A stretch of 64,000 bases of DNA, from contig MHBF01000093.1 of NCBI GenBank assembly GCA_001803225.1, forward strand, positions 3,711-67,710, in the 5' to 3' direction. Shown here one piece after another: positions 28,717 through 38,446 of the stretch (position 1 is its first letter; each line of letters starts with the position of its first letter). The notes beneath the pieces were generated by a model that saw only the letters and a program-made list of their open reading frames with translations, searched no databases and had not been told where the DNA came from. This stretch comes from Lentisphaerae bacterium GWF2_44_16. GTDB lineage: Bacteria > Verrucomicrobiota > Lentisphaeria > Victivallales > GWF2-45-14. Made by a program: the position numbers and the translations under genes.

Positions 28717-29692
28717 GCGGTTTCCCGTCGCTTTTAAATTTTATCCCCATCATGGACGCTATCGTCGGAGCAAAATCTATTATTTCACCGTAATTGATTT
28801 TTTCCCCGTGATATTTTCGCGGGAGTTTTCCTCCGCTTACCATGAAAGTTACTCTCCTGGCGCAATCTGATTTTGTCTTTGAGGCTTTATTTTTTTTGAA
28901 ATCCCACACATAACAGTCATACGGGTCCTGATGGTTGCTGCAATAGTTCTGCAAATCTTTTTCAGGAATGCCTCTTTTTCTGCCTTCCTTTACCGCGACA
29001 TCACATCCGTAATGGCAGCCATGGTCGGAGCCTATGAAAAGATATGTTTCATCCCACCATCCTTTTTCCTGAAGGAATTTTTTGACGAGCCATAAATATT
29101 TGTCCAGTTCAATTATGGAGTGGTGTTTGTCTTCTGTGTATTTCGCGTCTTTTTTATAAAGCGGACAGTTGCCGGTCTTGTCATATTGCGCCAGATAAAG
29201 CAATGCCATATTCCAGTCGGGATTTTCCAGCATCCATTTGAAACAGTGTTGAGAAGTGAGGAGGTCTGAATAATATGAGCCCCATCCCATTGTGCAGTCG
29301 GGAGCTTTCCACCAGCCGCTCTGCATCCATGCGTCGGAACCGAAACCGGCGACTTTGCCTTCCGGAAAACTTTTCTTGCATGCTGAAAGTATTGTTTCGC
29401 AATCCGCGCCTTCAAGCATTTTCCAATAGGGGTCAACTCCGGGCACCGATTTACTTTTATATGTTCCCGAGGCCAGATATTTCTGACCGTGCGGGGTATT
29501 GCATGTCCCCTTATTCCATGCGTGCACGAAAACGCCTTTATCAATGGTGTCCTTGAACGCCGGGAGTAATCCGGCTTCTGAATAGTCCAGAACATTTACC
29601 GGAGGAAGCTTTGTCGCGGGAGCTATGCTGTCCTTGACCCAATGTCCGGCCAGCATGTCCAGTATCAGAATAAACGCGCGCTGTTTCTTCAT
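28709..29692 (-). CDS. Alkaline-phosphatase superfamily (NPP/phosphodiesterase-like) protein
   Basis: ILILD, CNTPHG..LASG, YDKTGN, IGSDHG, DFAPTIASMMG...DGKPL. Confidence 0.7.
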   Translation of the reverse strand: MKKQRAFILILDMLAGHWVKDSIAPATKLPPVNVLDYSEAGLLPAFKDTIDKGVFVHAWNKGTCNTPHGQKYLASGTYKSKSVPGVDPYWKMLEGADCETILSACKKSFPEGKVAGFGSDAWMQSGWWKAPDCTMGWGSYYSDLLTSQHCFKWMLENPDWNMALLYLAQYDKTGNCPLYKKDAKYTEDKHHSIIELDKYLWLVKKFLQEKGWWDETYLFIGSDHGCHYGCDVAVKEGRKRGIPEKDLQNYCSNHQDPYDCYVWDFKKNKASKTKSDCARRVTFMVSGGKLPRKYHGEKINYGEIIDFAPTIASMMGIKFKSDGKPLI

Positions 29693-29708
29693 AAAAAAAA
29701 CTTTCTGT

Positions 29709-31319
29709 TTATATTGTTCTCATCATATTATAAAAATCCGCGTCATTGGAAGCGGGCAGTTTACCCTCTCCAGATATTTTGCCGAAGATTGTTTCGAATA
29801 AAGCCTGCAGCACAAATTCATTGCTGCTGTACGAAAAAACAATAGTGTCGGCAAAAGGCAGTTGGTAAAGCGCAAACGGATTAACAGCGATAATTACGAG
29901 CGAGGGGTTTGTTTTCTTTATCTCTTTCAGTAATTCAATCTGTGAACTGTTCAGAGTCCCTATCTGTCCTGAACTGAGCTTGAAAGACGTATCGAATATT
30001 ACAGCCGAAGCTTCCCTGACGGAATTCAGGATGCTTTCCCTGCTGACTGAATTCAGTTCATAAGGGACATTCAGGACTTCAGTGTTTTTGTGCTGTGCCT
30101 TCAGAATCTCCTCAATCTTATTTTCCCTGTGATGAACCCCTATATCCATTTTTTCCGTTTTTTCCGGTAACAGCAACATAAGGGGTTTGACAGAATCTTT
30201 TATTTTTCTTAAAGGAAGAATTCCCCTGTCGTTTTTTTCAATTCTGATGCTTGCTCTCGCGATTTTTTTTGCCAGTTCCTCATGTTCCTTCAAATCCGGC
30301 ATTCTGTTTTTATCCGGAAGCGGATTGAAGAGGCCGTATTTGAATTTCAGGTTCAGAATTTTTTCTATTCTCTCGTCCAAGATGCTTTCCCTGATTTTAT
30401 CTTTTTTAAGCCCGTTCATGACTGCGAAAAGGGATTTTTCATAATCGTTTTCAGTCAGGACTATGTCATGTCCGGCAAGAATTGCTTTTACTACGGAGTC
30501 TTCCACGGAAAAGGCTTTTTTAATGGGGCCCATTTCAAGGCAGTCTGTTATAATAATGCCCTTGAAACCGAGTTTGTTTTTGAGGAGACTGCTTACGATT
30601 TCATGTGAGAATGTAACGAGGTTTTCTTTGTCGTATGACGGATAAACGGCGTGATTTGTCATTATGGTTTCGACGCCCGCCCTGATGCTGTTTTCGAAGG
30701 ACACGAGTTCACAGTTTTCCATTTCCTCTCTTGAGCGCCTGATTATTTCGGCGCTGAAGTGAGAGTTCATGCACGAGTGTCCCTGTCCGGGAAAATGTTT
30801 TGCGGTCGCTATCAGGCCGTTTTCCTGATAACCCTTTATGGTCATGAGAGCGAATTTGCTGACAATTTCCGGGTCGATGCCGTAAGAACGTATGTTAGTG
30901 GACGGATTTAAAGGATTGGTATTGATATCAACGACGGGCGAATATGACCATGAGAGGCCAACGTATTTTGCCTCCTTTGCGGTCGCGGCCGCCGCCTGAT
31001 ATGCAAGCGCGGGATCTCCGCTTGCCGCGAGCCCTATCGAGGTAGTAAACTCGGTAGCTTCCTGGAGCATGACCATTCCGAATCCGCATTCCGTATCTGA
31101 CGTTATGAAAGGCGGCACTTTTGATTTGGCGCGAAACTCCTCAATCATCACTCTGGACTCTTCAATGCCCTTGTAATCCCAGATGCTGAGATGGAGACCT
31201 CCCCAGCCTTTTTTGACGCAGTAATCCGAGATTTCCTTTTTGCCGAAACGGAACGAGATTAATATCTGTGCCGCTTTTTCTTCGAGTGAAAGTTTGATAT
31301 TTTTCAATTGTTTATTCAC
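29709..31319 (-). CDS. GH3 beta-N-acetylhexosaminidase-like enzyme
   Basis: SDTECG, SPVVDINTNPLNP..NIRSYG, KHFPGQGHSCMNSH, FKGIIITDCLEM. Confidence 0.88.
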   Translation of the reverse strand: MNKQLKNIKLSLEEKAAQILISFRFGKKEISDYCVKKGWGGLHLSIWDYKGIEESRVMIEEFRAKSKVPPFITSDTECGFGMVMLQEATEFTTSIGLAASGDPALAYQAAAATAKEAKYVGLSWSYSPVVDINTNPLNPSTNIRSYGIDPEIVSKFALMTIKGYQENGLIATAKHFPGQGHSCMNSHFSAEIIRRSREEMENCELVSFENSIRAGVETIMTNHAVYPSYDKENLVTFSHEIVSSLLKNKLGFKGIIITDCLEMGPIKKAFSVEDSVVKAILAGHDIVLTENDYEKSLFAVMNGLKKDKIRESILDERIEKILNLKFKYGLFNPLPDKNRMPDLKEHEELAKKIARASIRIEKNDRGILPLRKIKDSVKPLMLLLPEKTEKMDIGVHHRENKIEEILKAQHKNTEVLNVPYELNSVSRESILNSVREASAVIFDTSFKLSSGQIGTLNSSQIELLKEIKKTNPSLVIIAVNPFALYQLPFADTIVFSYSSNEFVLQALFETIFGKISGEGKLPASNDADFYNMMRTI

Positions 31320-31332
31320 TTGTGAATACCTT

Positions 31333-32460
31333 TTATTTAAAAATGTTTTTCAGATTGCCTGTAGTTTTACGTGCTTTCAATCCCACGGGGACTATTATGT
31401 GCTGTTGCGGAATATTCTCAGCCGGATGCGCGAGAATTTCAGTGATTATTTCAGCTGATTTTTCTCCGATGCTTATAGTGTCCTGAGCTATTGTAGTAAG
31501 TTCCACGCCCCATTGTGACGCGAGTTCTATATCGTCAAAACCGCATATTCCGATTTGTCCCGGTACATTTATTCCAAGTTCTCTCAGTCCCTTCAAAAGC
31601 CCTATCGCCATTGAGTCGCCGATTGCGAATATCCCGCAAGGTTCATCCTTGGATAAACGCGCGATTTCGGGCGCCGCCTTGTAACCGTCCAGCATATAGC
31701 CGTTGTCAGGGTCTTCATTTGATACTTCAAGAATCATGGAATTGTCGAAAGATATCCCAAACTGGAGAAGCGCCAGTTTGAAACCTTTCAGTCTTTCCCT
31801 GACTGTTTCCTTTTCAATATTTTCTTTGCAGATGAGCATTGTGATTTTTTTATAACCGCATTCCGCAAGGTGTTTTCCGGCGAAAAAACCGCCTGTGCAG
31901 TCATCAGGGATTACATAATTTGTCTGAGCGGTCAATTGATTAATGATGGTATTTGAAACAAGGACAAGGGGTACTTCGCTTTCAAAAATATTCTTAATGC
32001 CAACTGAATATTCGGAATTTACTTCCGCCGGCGAAATTATGAAGCCGTCAACTTCGTCGGCGAATCTTCTTATGTATTCGTTTTCTTTTTCAGCACTGCC
32101 TCTGCTGTTACAGAGGATAATTCCGTAATCTTTTTCTGAAGCGTAATTCTCGATGCCCCTGATTATTTTTGAATAATAAGGATTGTCGGAATGATAAACG
32201 ATCACGGCGATTTTTTTATTTTTGCGTGCGCTTAATGAAGGCGCCACGAATGTGCCGCTACCCTGTCTCCTGATGATGAAACCCTGATTTATCAGTGCGT
32301 TCAAGGCCTTGAGAAGCGTATGCTTGCTGACTTTGAACTCCTTAACCAGGTCATTTTCGGAAGGCATTTTTTCATCCGCCGTGTATGTGCCTTTTATGAT
32401 TCGGCGCTTGATTATTTCAGTAATCCGCCTGTGTTGTGCCGTATTGTGCCTGTTGTTCAT
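31333..32460 (-). CDS. GntR-HTH + LacI-type sugar-binding domain regulator (AraR-like)
   Basis: MPSENDLVKEFKVSKHT...RRQGSGTFV followed by a periplasmic-binding fold (NPYYSKIIRGIE, GFDDIE, LTTIAQ). Confidence 0.92.
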   Translation of the reverse strand: MNNRHNTAQHRRITEIIKRRIIKGTYTADEKMPSENDLVKEFKVSKHTLLKALNALINQGFIIRRQGSGTFVAPSLSARKNKKIAVIVYHSDNPYYSKIIRGIENYASEKDYGIILCNSRGSAEKENEYIRRFADEVDGFIISPAEVNSEYSVGIKNIFESEVPLVLVSNTIINQLTAQTNYVIPDDCTGGFFAGKHLAECGYKKITMLICKENIEKETVRERLKGFKLALLQFGISFDNSMILEVSNEDPDNGYMLDGYKAAPEIARLSKDEPCGIFAIGDSMAIGLLKGLRELGINVPGQIGICGFDDIELASQWGVELTTIAQDTISIGEKSAEIITEILAHPAENIPQQHIIVPVGLKARKTTGNLKNIFK

Positions 32461-32466
32461 ATTTGT

Positions 32467-32484
32467 ATCTTATGGGTATAAGTT
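32467..32484. promoter_or_regulatory. Operator 1 (AraR/GntR-type palindrome)
   Basis: ATCTTATGGGTATAAGTT, 3 mismatches to the ideal palindrome AACTTATACGTATAAGTT; downstream of the minus-strand promoter. Confidence 0.6.
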
Positions 32485-32499
32485 ATATATTTTGAGTAT

Positions 32500-32528
32500 A
32501 TTTTAACGGATAAAAGTGTTTTTGTCAA
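32500..32528 (-). promoter_or_regulatory. sigma70 promoter for regulator-GH3-phosphodiesterase operon
   Basis: TTGACA (32528-32523), N17, TAAAAT (32505-32500). Confidence 0.75.
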
Positions 32529-32588
32529 TAACCTTAAATTAAATATGAGCTTTTTTTTACAAAAATATCCGGATTTTATTAAAATTGC

Positions 32589-32617
32589 TTGCATTTAGTA
32601 ACGAGTCTGATTATAAT
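32589..32617 (+). promoter_or_regulatory. sigma70 promoter for the pilin/CAZyme operon
   Basis: TTGCAT (32589-32594), N17, TATAAT (32612-32617). Confidence 0.75.
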
Positions 32618-32640
32618 ATCATTATGCTTGAATAAAGTAA

Positions 32641-32658
32641 AACTTATACGTATAACTT
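32641..32658. promoter_or_regulatory. Operator 2 (AraR/GntR-type palindrome)
   Basis: AACTTATACGTATAACTT, 1 mismatch to a perfect palindrome; lies between promoter and RBS. Confidence 0.7.
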
Positions 32659-32672
32659 ATATGGAGCTGGAG

Positions 32673-33368
32673 ATGAGAAAGAAAATATACTTTACACTCA
32701 TTGAGCTCCTGACAGTTGTTTCTATCATACTTATTCTTGCAAGCTTATTACTTCCAGCGCTTGGCAGAACAAGAGCTTATGCATACAGAAATAATTGTGC
32801 CAACAATTTAAAACAGCTGGCGACAGGATTGATAATGTATGATTCTGATAATACCCAGTTACCGAGCAGATATGATTACGGTTTTCAGTTAAACCAAAAT
32901 CCGGTACCATATCTTCCATGCGGACTTATGCTCCTGTTTCCGGATTATATCAAAAACGCCCACACCTTTTATTGTCCCAGTCCTGTAAATTTCAGGAGAA
33001 ATCCTGCTAACAGGCGCGGTGAATTTTCCTATAATGGTATTGAAGGTACAGGAACATACGGATGGAATTTTGCAATAAGAAGAAATAATTACTGGTTCAG
33101 GTGGTGTAATTATACGGTGGACAATGAACCAGGCGCAGGACTTACTCAGATGAAAGCATCCCTTTCCTTCAATCCGTCTCAAAGTTGGCTTATGCTTGAC
33201 TATTGGGGCTGTATTACATGTCTGCCTCAAGACTATTGGATGCCGCATCCAGATGGCGTAAATATCAGTTTTGTTGATGGTCATGTATCTTTCAAGGCTA
33301 CAAAAACTCCTGTTACACAGGCATGGACCCCTTCAACGTTTATCCAAAAGGAAATAGGAAATTATTGA
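32673..33368 (+). CDS. Prepilin-type N-terminal cleavage/methylation protein with H-X9-DG domain (pilin-like 1)
   Basis: MRKKIY|FTLIELLTVVSIILILASLLLPAL..R...C.NNLKQ; FYCPS; HPDGVNISFVDG. Start moved to ATG 32673. Confidence 0.9.
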   Translation: MRKKIYFTLIELLTVVSIILILASLLLPALGRTRAYAYRNNCANNLKQLATGLIMYDSDNTQLPSRYDYGFQLNQNPVPYLPCGLMLLFPDYIKNAHTFYCPSPVNFRRNPANRRGEFSYNGIEGTGTYGWNFAIRRNNYWFRWCNYTVDNEPGAGLTQMKASLSFNPSQSWLMLDYWGCITCLPQDYWMPHPDGVNISFVDGHVSFKATKTPVTQAWTPSTFIQKEIGNY

Positions 33369-33380
33369 AATGGAGGTATT

Positions 33381-34184
33381 GTGAAACGTTTAGCTTTTCT
33401 ATTAATTTATCTGACAGTAATACTATTATCTCATGCTGGCGCGGATGATAAAAAACTGCTTTTTCATGTTTCTTTCAATAAGGGGCTTGATGCCGATTTC
33501 AGTAGGGGAAACGGTAAAGCCACCTGTAATGATGAAGCATTTACTTTCGTTGAGAGCATTTATGGTAAGGCCGTCAAAATTAATTATCTCAATCTTCTCA
33601 GGTATGAAACTGAAAACAACATAAATCCACAACATGGAACTATTGAAATGTGGGTAAAACCTTTAATTTATTCTCAGAATCAGGGAATACCGCAATGTGA
33701 TTTTTTCTCCGCCGGAGACATGGAAACCATTGAGAATAAACTCTCTGACGGTATACTAAGACAAGTATCTTATAAAGATAAGCTCACAATATTTTCAGGA
33801 TTTCCTGTTATCAGGAATCCCTATCCGGTAAGGACATATGAAGGACTTTCCGATTTGAATGCCAATCTTGCACTTGAGAATAATAAGACATTTAATCTCC
33901 TTGCTCCTCTATCTGTTATAAGCAGGCAATGGACGCATATAGCGTTTTCGTGGGGAAAAACTGAGAAGGACGGTAAAAACATTGGGAAATGTCGTTTATA
34001 CCGGAATGGCAAACTTGTGGCGGAGCTTCCTTTGCCGGAAAAATGGTCTGACAGTTTCGGAAAGTTTATTTTTATAGGAAAAGGAAATGCCCGTTCCAAC
34101 GGCATTTTCTTAATTGATGAATTGAAGATATACGATACTGCGCTGGACGCTTCACAGGTAGAAAAATTATATAGCGGTGAATAA
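33381..34184 (+). CDS. Secreted LamG-like jellyroll (concanavalin A-like) protein
   Basis: Signal peptide; LLFHVSFN, GTIEMWVKP, QWTHIAFSW, LYRNGKL, IDELKIYDTAL. Confidence 0.85.
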   Translation: MKRLAFLLIYLTVILLSHAGADDKKLLFHVSFNKGLDADFSRGNGKATCNDEAFTFVESIYGKAVKINYLNLLRYETENNINPQHGTIEMWVKPLIYSQNQGIPQCDFFSAGDMETIENKLSDGILRQVSYKDKLTIFSGFPVIRNPYPVRTYEGLSDLNANLALENNKTFNLLAPLSVISRQWTHIAFSWGKTEKDGKNIGKCRLYRNGKLVAELPLPEKWSDSFGKFIFIGKGNARSNGIFLIDELKIYDTALDASQVEKLYSGE

Positions 34185-34202
34185 ACAACTAGGGAGCTTG
34201 TC

Positions 34203-37200
34203 ATGTATAAAAAACTGGTCTGTCTGCTTATAGCTTTATTTTTTATTTTCTCTTTCAAAATTTATGCCAAAGAGCAGAATGATGATGTTTTAAATAAAAA
34301 TGTTTTGTTTTCTCTTTCATTTGATAAAACAGTTGAAGCGCAAACTCAAAACGGGAAAATAAAACCTGAAGTTAATGGAAATATTCAATACGTTGATGGA
34401 CGGCAGGGAAAAGCAATGCTTTTCACTCCTGATCTGTGGTTGAAATTTTCAGGGCCTGGACTCATAGAAGCTGAGGAGGGGACTGTTCAATTCTGGGTAA
34501 AGCCATTGGAGTATAACAGTCAGAAATCATACAGACCTTCTGAATGTACTTTTTTCTCAACCGCATACAGTAATAAATTACCGTGTTTTTCCATCTGGTC
34601 ATATTACAGGGAAAATGACATTAATCAGGAAAGGGTGCAGGCAAAGTGTTTTCTTCCCGAGGGAGCAAAAACAAAAGATAATATTTCTTTAATAGCCGGC
34701 AATAAACTTTCAATAAATAAATGGTCATTGATTACCGTAACATGGAAGAATATTAAGCACGACAGAACCGATGCCAAAATACTTGGCATTTATATCAATG
34801 GGAATAAAATAATCTCTGCTAAACCTTTTCCCAGGAAAAATTTTCCTGAAAAACTGGGAAATATTATCTATATAGGGTCCGTAATTTCACAATCTGCCGG
34901 AAAATATATCATGGATGAATTTTCTATTTATAAAACATGTCTCAGTGATGCGGAAATATGGAAATATTATTCGGAGTCAGGTAATACTGATAAAGCAGAA
35001 ACAGTTACAATACCACGAATACAGGCTCCGCCGAAAATTGATGGAAGTTTATCAGAGAACGAATGGGAAAATACCACTCAAATTGGAGAGGCTTTTCTAA
35101 ATAAAAATATGCTTCTTTCTAAAAAACAGTCACGTGTTTCTCTTTGCTATGATGAAAAAAAAATATATATGAAAGTTGACTCGGAAACTTTTGACGGAGC
35201 TTTAAAGGCTGATGCAAATAAGAAAGACGGAGTGATATGGAAAGATGACGTTGTGGAGCTATATATTGTTCCGGTAAGAGGAGAAAAACTTTATTATCAG
35301 GTTGGTATAAATTCCAAAGATTATTCAAACGGATTGAAAATATTTTCAAAAACCGGGGGAAAGGATTATGAAAATTGGGATTCCGGAATTAACGCGAAAA
35401 GTTCATTTACAGGAGAAGGCAAAACAAAAAGATGGATACTGGAAATAGCTTTGCCTCTGAAAAATATAGGTCTTTCGAATCCTCAAGTTGGGGATGCTAT
35501 TGGTTTTTCAATTGCAAGGACTTATCAGGAGCCTACCGCATATGGGGGAATTGACTGGGAAATAAAGGATTCTGTCCCGAGTTCTTTTGCCGGATATCAT
35601 CATTTTGAGAATACCGGAAAATATCCTAAGCTTGTTTTCGGCGGAGCTAATGAGAGAATAAATGTAAAATATGGTAATCTATATTCAGGAGAAATCAAAG
35701 CCAGGGTAAATATATCTCATGGCGATAATAAAGATAAACTTGATTACTCATGGAAAATATTTGATTCAGGAAAAACTCTTTTTGAAGACAAGGGAACGCT
35801 GAAAAAAAATAAATCGGGAAAATATGAATTCACTATAGATAAAGTTATGCATGTTGATCCCAAAAACAATGGGAGTATTTACAATTTATCGATTGATTTA
35901 AATAATGGAACGTTCTTCAATCATACCATACCTTTCAGTTTGAGTTATTCTGATTTCAGTTTTGACTACTTGGTTGAAAGAGATAAAAAAAGGGTACTCG
36001 TTGAAATTGATACTGATAATATCGGGACGGAATGCAAGAAGGGTAAAATGAGTGTTTTACTTGAGAACGAAAAGGGGAAAATATACTTTCAGAAAGACAT
36101 TGATATTAAAAATGACAACTATGAACAGTTATTTATTCCTCTTGATATACTTCCCAACATGAAGAAAATGAAGATGAAAGTTTCTCTGTTATCACCTAAT
36201 GGAGAGCTTGTCAAAGTATCCGAAAGAGCTTTTCAGAAAATGGAAGATCTGGCTTCTCTTAATAACAAAATAGGAGAGGATGAATGGGTTCCTCCTCCGT
36301 TTACAGATATTCAATATGACGCATATAGTATTTCTTGCTGGAACAGGCGTTATGATTTGTCCGGCGCGATGTTTCTTAAACAGGTTCTTATTAATTCGGA
36401 AGTGATATTGAACGGGCCTGTTGAATTTATAGCAGTGGACGCGGAGGGCAAAGAATTACATTGGAAGCAGGGCGAAATGAAATATATTTCCCGAAAATGT
36501 GATGCCGGAGTTATAGAGGCATCGGGAATGCTTGGCAATATAAAATGTAAAAATACAATGACCTTGGAATTTGATGGTATGCTTAGGGTTGATGCTGAAT
36601 TATTTGTTGGTGAACAAACTAAGCTCAACAAACTTTATTTGAATATTCCTCTGAAATCTTCTTTTGTTAAATATAAATTTTTCTCTATTGCCGATGAAAA
36701 TTCAAAAAGAATGTGTTGGCAATGGCAGGACAGAATAGGTAAAGTAGCTGACTATTTCAATTACAGCTTTTGCCCGGAAGTATGGGTGGGGGATGATGAT
36801 AAGGGGTTTTCCTGGTTTGCTGAGTCAAAAAAAGACTGGCAGCTTGCAGATAACAATAAGGCCATAGAAATAATCCGCAAAAATGATACTGCATATCTGA
36901 GAATAAATTATTGTGACACTCCGTCAACTTTTAAAGCTCCCCTGAAATTTACGTTTGGATTACAGGCGACTCCCGTGAGGCCAAGGCCTTCAGACTGGAG
37001 ATTGCAGCGGTCGATTGGAACTACCGATTCCTGCAATGCCAGCTATTACGGTCAGAACATTAAAATTATTGGCTGGGGAGCCAACGGAAAACCTCCTCCT
37101 CCTGAAAAAAGAGCGGAAATATTGCGTCAAAAAGATCCATTAGATCGTTTGTCGGCATGGTCGGATTGGCCTGTTATAATAAATCCTGTCAGAATAAGGC

Positions 37201-38333
37201 AACTCTATGAAATAGCATCAGAAAATATTGCGTCAAAACCCATATTGGCTGCTGCGGTGGAAAAACCGGCTGAGAAAATTGCTCTTTTTTATATGCCCCG
37301 CGTAGGCAATTTAAATGTTCCTTCCAATAAATACTATTTCCAGAAATGGTATAATGAGCCACCTACTGGTCGTGTCCCAAGTATTAAAGAGGAACAGTGG
37401 AACAGAGGTGTATTTCATGTTTTTAATGCTTGTCCTTCGACTGATTACAGAAACTTCATGATAGAGGAAATGCGTAATACACTTGATAAGTTTCCGGAAC
37501 TAAAAGGACTTTATTTTGATGGTGCATTTCCTTGTGGATGTAGAAACACTTTGCATGGATGCGGCTACTATGAAAATGGCAAATTGTGTTATTCAGCTCC
37601 TATATGGGGAAACAGGGATTTTTTCAAGAGGCTCTATAAAATGCTTAAAAAGAGAGGTGCTGATAATATATTCTTTGGTCATGTTTCATCCACACGTTTT
37701 ATTTCAGAAACAGGTTTCTTTGATATAATATTTGAGGGAGAGCATCTTTGTTCTGATTTACCTAAATATGAAGGGGATTATATAGATACTGTTCCTCTTG
37801 ATGTCTGGCGTGCCGAATATACGGGGCGGCAAGTAGGCAATATTCCAATCCTTCTATGCGAAGCTAAACGCATTTTTGGCGGATATGGAGCGAAAGGAAT
37901 TGCTGATAATCCTGCTTTTATAAAGAAATTCAGGTCCTATTTGGCGATGACCCTGATACATGATATTTTGCCTCAGGAACGGGTACTTCTTGATGAGATA
38001 CAGTCTTACTATATTAATCTTGACTCTTTTGGGCACTGGAATGCCGAATTTCTGCCTTATTGGAACAATCAGAAATACGTTTCAGCTGATTCGGATGAAA
38101 TAAAGATATCTTTATACAGGAAAAAAGGCAGAATACTCCTTTGTATGGCTAATGTTTCAAAGAAAAAATGGACTGGAAATATAAAGCTTAACTTGTCTGA
38201 ACTTAATATGTCTAAATCTGTAATCGGTAGAAATTTTGAAGCAAGTAAACCTCTAAGTCTGAAAGATGGAATCTTGAGTAATATTTCAGTGGAGGCGCAT
38301 GACTTTTCTGTGATTTCTATTTCTGAAATGTAA
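34203..38333 (+). CDS. Large secreted modular protein: LamG + CBM9-like + DUF6067-like putative glycoside hydrolase
   Basis: Signal peptide; LamG (GTVQFWVKP); PKIDGSLSENEW...DDVVELYI (CBM9-like); VPPPFTDI, EFDGMLRVD, FGLQATPVRP, GLYFDG, FLPYWNN. Confidence 0.75.
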   Translation: MYKKLVCLLIALFFIFSFKIYAKEQNDDVLNKNVLFSLSFDKTVEAQTQNGKIKPEVNGNIQYVDGRQGKAMLFTPDLWLKFSGPGLIEAEEGTVQFWVKPLEYNSQKSYRPSECTFFSTAYSNKLPCFSIWSYYRENDINQERVQAKCFLPEGAKTKDNISLIAGNKLSINKWSLITVTWKNIKHDRTDAKILGIYINGNKIISAKPFPRKNFPEKLGNIIYIGSVISQSAGKYIMDEFSIYKTCLSDAEIWKYYSESGNTDKAETVTIPRIQAPPKIDGSLSENEWENTTQIGEAFLNKNMLLSKKQSRVSLCYDEKKIYMKVDSETFDGALKADANKKDGVIWKDDVVELYIVPVRGEKLYYQVGINSKDYSNGLKIFSKTGGKDYENWDSGINAKSSFTGEGKTKRWILEIALPLKNIGLSNPQVGDAIGFSIARTYQEPTAYGGIDWEIKDSVPSSFAGYHHFENTGKYPKLVFGGANERINVKYGNLYSGEIKARVNISHGDNKDKLDYSWKIFDSGKTLFEDKGTLKKNKSGKYEFTIDKVMHVDPKNNGSIYNLSIDLNNGTFFNHTIPFSLSYSDFSFDYLVERDKKRVLVEIDTDNIGTECKKGKMSVLLENEKGKIYFQKDIDIKNDNYEQLFIPLDILPNMKKMKMKVSLLSPNGELVKVSERAFQKMEDLASLNNKIGEDEWVPPPFTDIQYDAYSISCWNRRYDLSGAMFLKQVLINSEVILNGPVEFIAVDAEGKELHWKQGEMKYISRKCDAGVIEASGMLGNIKCKNTMTLEFDGMLRVDAELFVGEQTKLNKLYLNIPLKSSFVKYKFFSIADENSKRMCWQWQDRIGKVADYFNYSFCPEVWVGDDDKGFSWFAESKKDWQLADNNKAIEIIRKNDTAYLRINYCDTPSTFKAPLKFTFGLQATPVRPRPSDWRLQRSIGTTDSCNASYYGQNIKIIGWGANGKPPPPEKRAEILRQKDPLDRLSAWSDWPVIINPVRIRQLYEIASENIASKPILAAAVEKPAEKIALFYMPRVGNLNVPSNKYYFQKWYNEPPTGRVPSIKEEQWNRGVFHVFNACPSTDYRNFMIEEMRNTLDKFPELKGLYFDGAFPCGCRNTLHGCGYYENGKLCYSAPIWGNRDFFKRLYKMLKKRGADNIFFGHVSSTRFISETGFFDIIFEGEHLCSDLPKYEGDYIDTVPLDVWRAEYTGRQVGNIPILLCEAKRIFGGYGAKGIADNPAFIKKFRSYLAMTLIHDILPQERVLLDEIQSYYINLDSFGHWNAEFLPYWNNQKYVSADSDEIKISLYRKKGRILLCMANVSKKKWTGNIKLNLSELNMSKSVIGRNFEASKPLSLKDGILSNISVEAHDFSVISISEM

Positions 38334-38340
38334 TTATGAT

Positions 38341-38402
38341 TGATTCTTGGTGTTTTTGACCGGTTGAGTTTAAATAGTCAGTTGAAGGTATCTGTTGAAA
38401 AG
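38341..38402 (+). repeat. Direct repeat copy A; degenerate remnant of the 3' end and downstream region of the 39118-42018 gene
   Basis: 56/62 nt identical to 41982-42043. Reads DSWCF*PVEFK* versus [11 protein letters not shown] in the intact gene. Confidence 0.9.
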
Positions 38403-38446
38403 TTCAACTTGAACTGAAAAACTGTGGAAAAAATGGAGTTGGTAAA

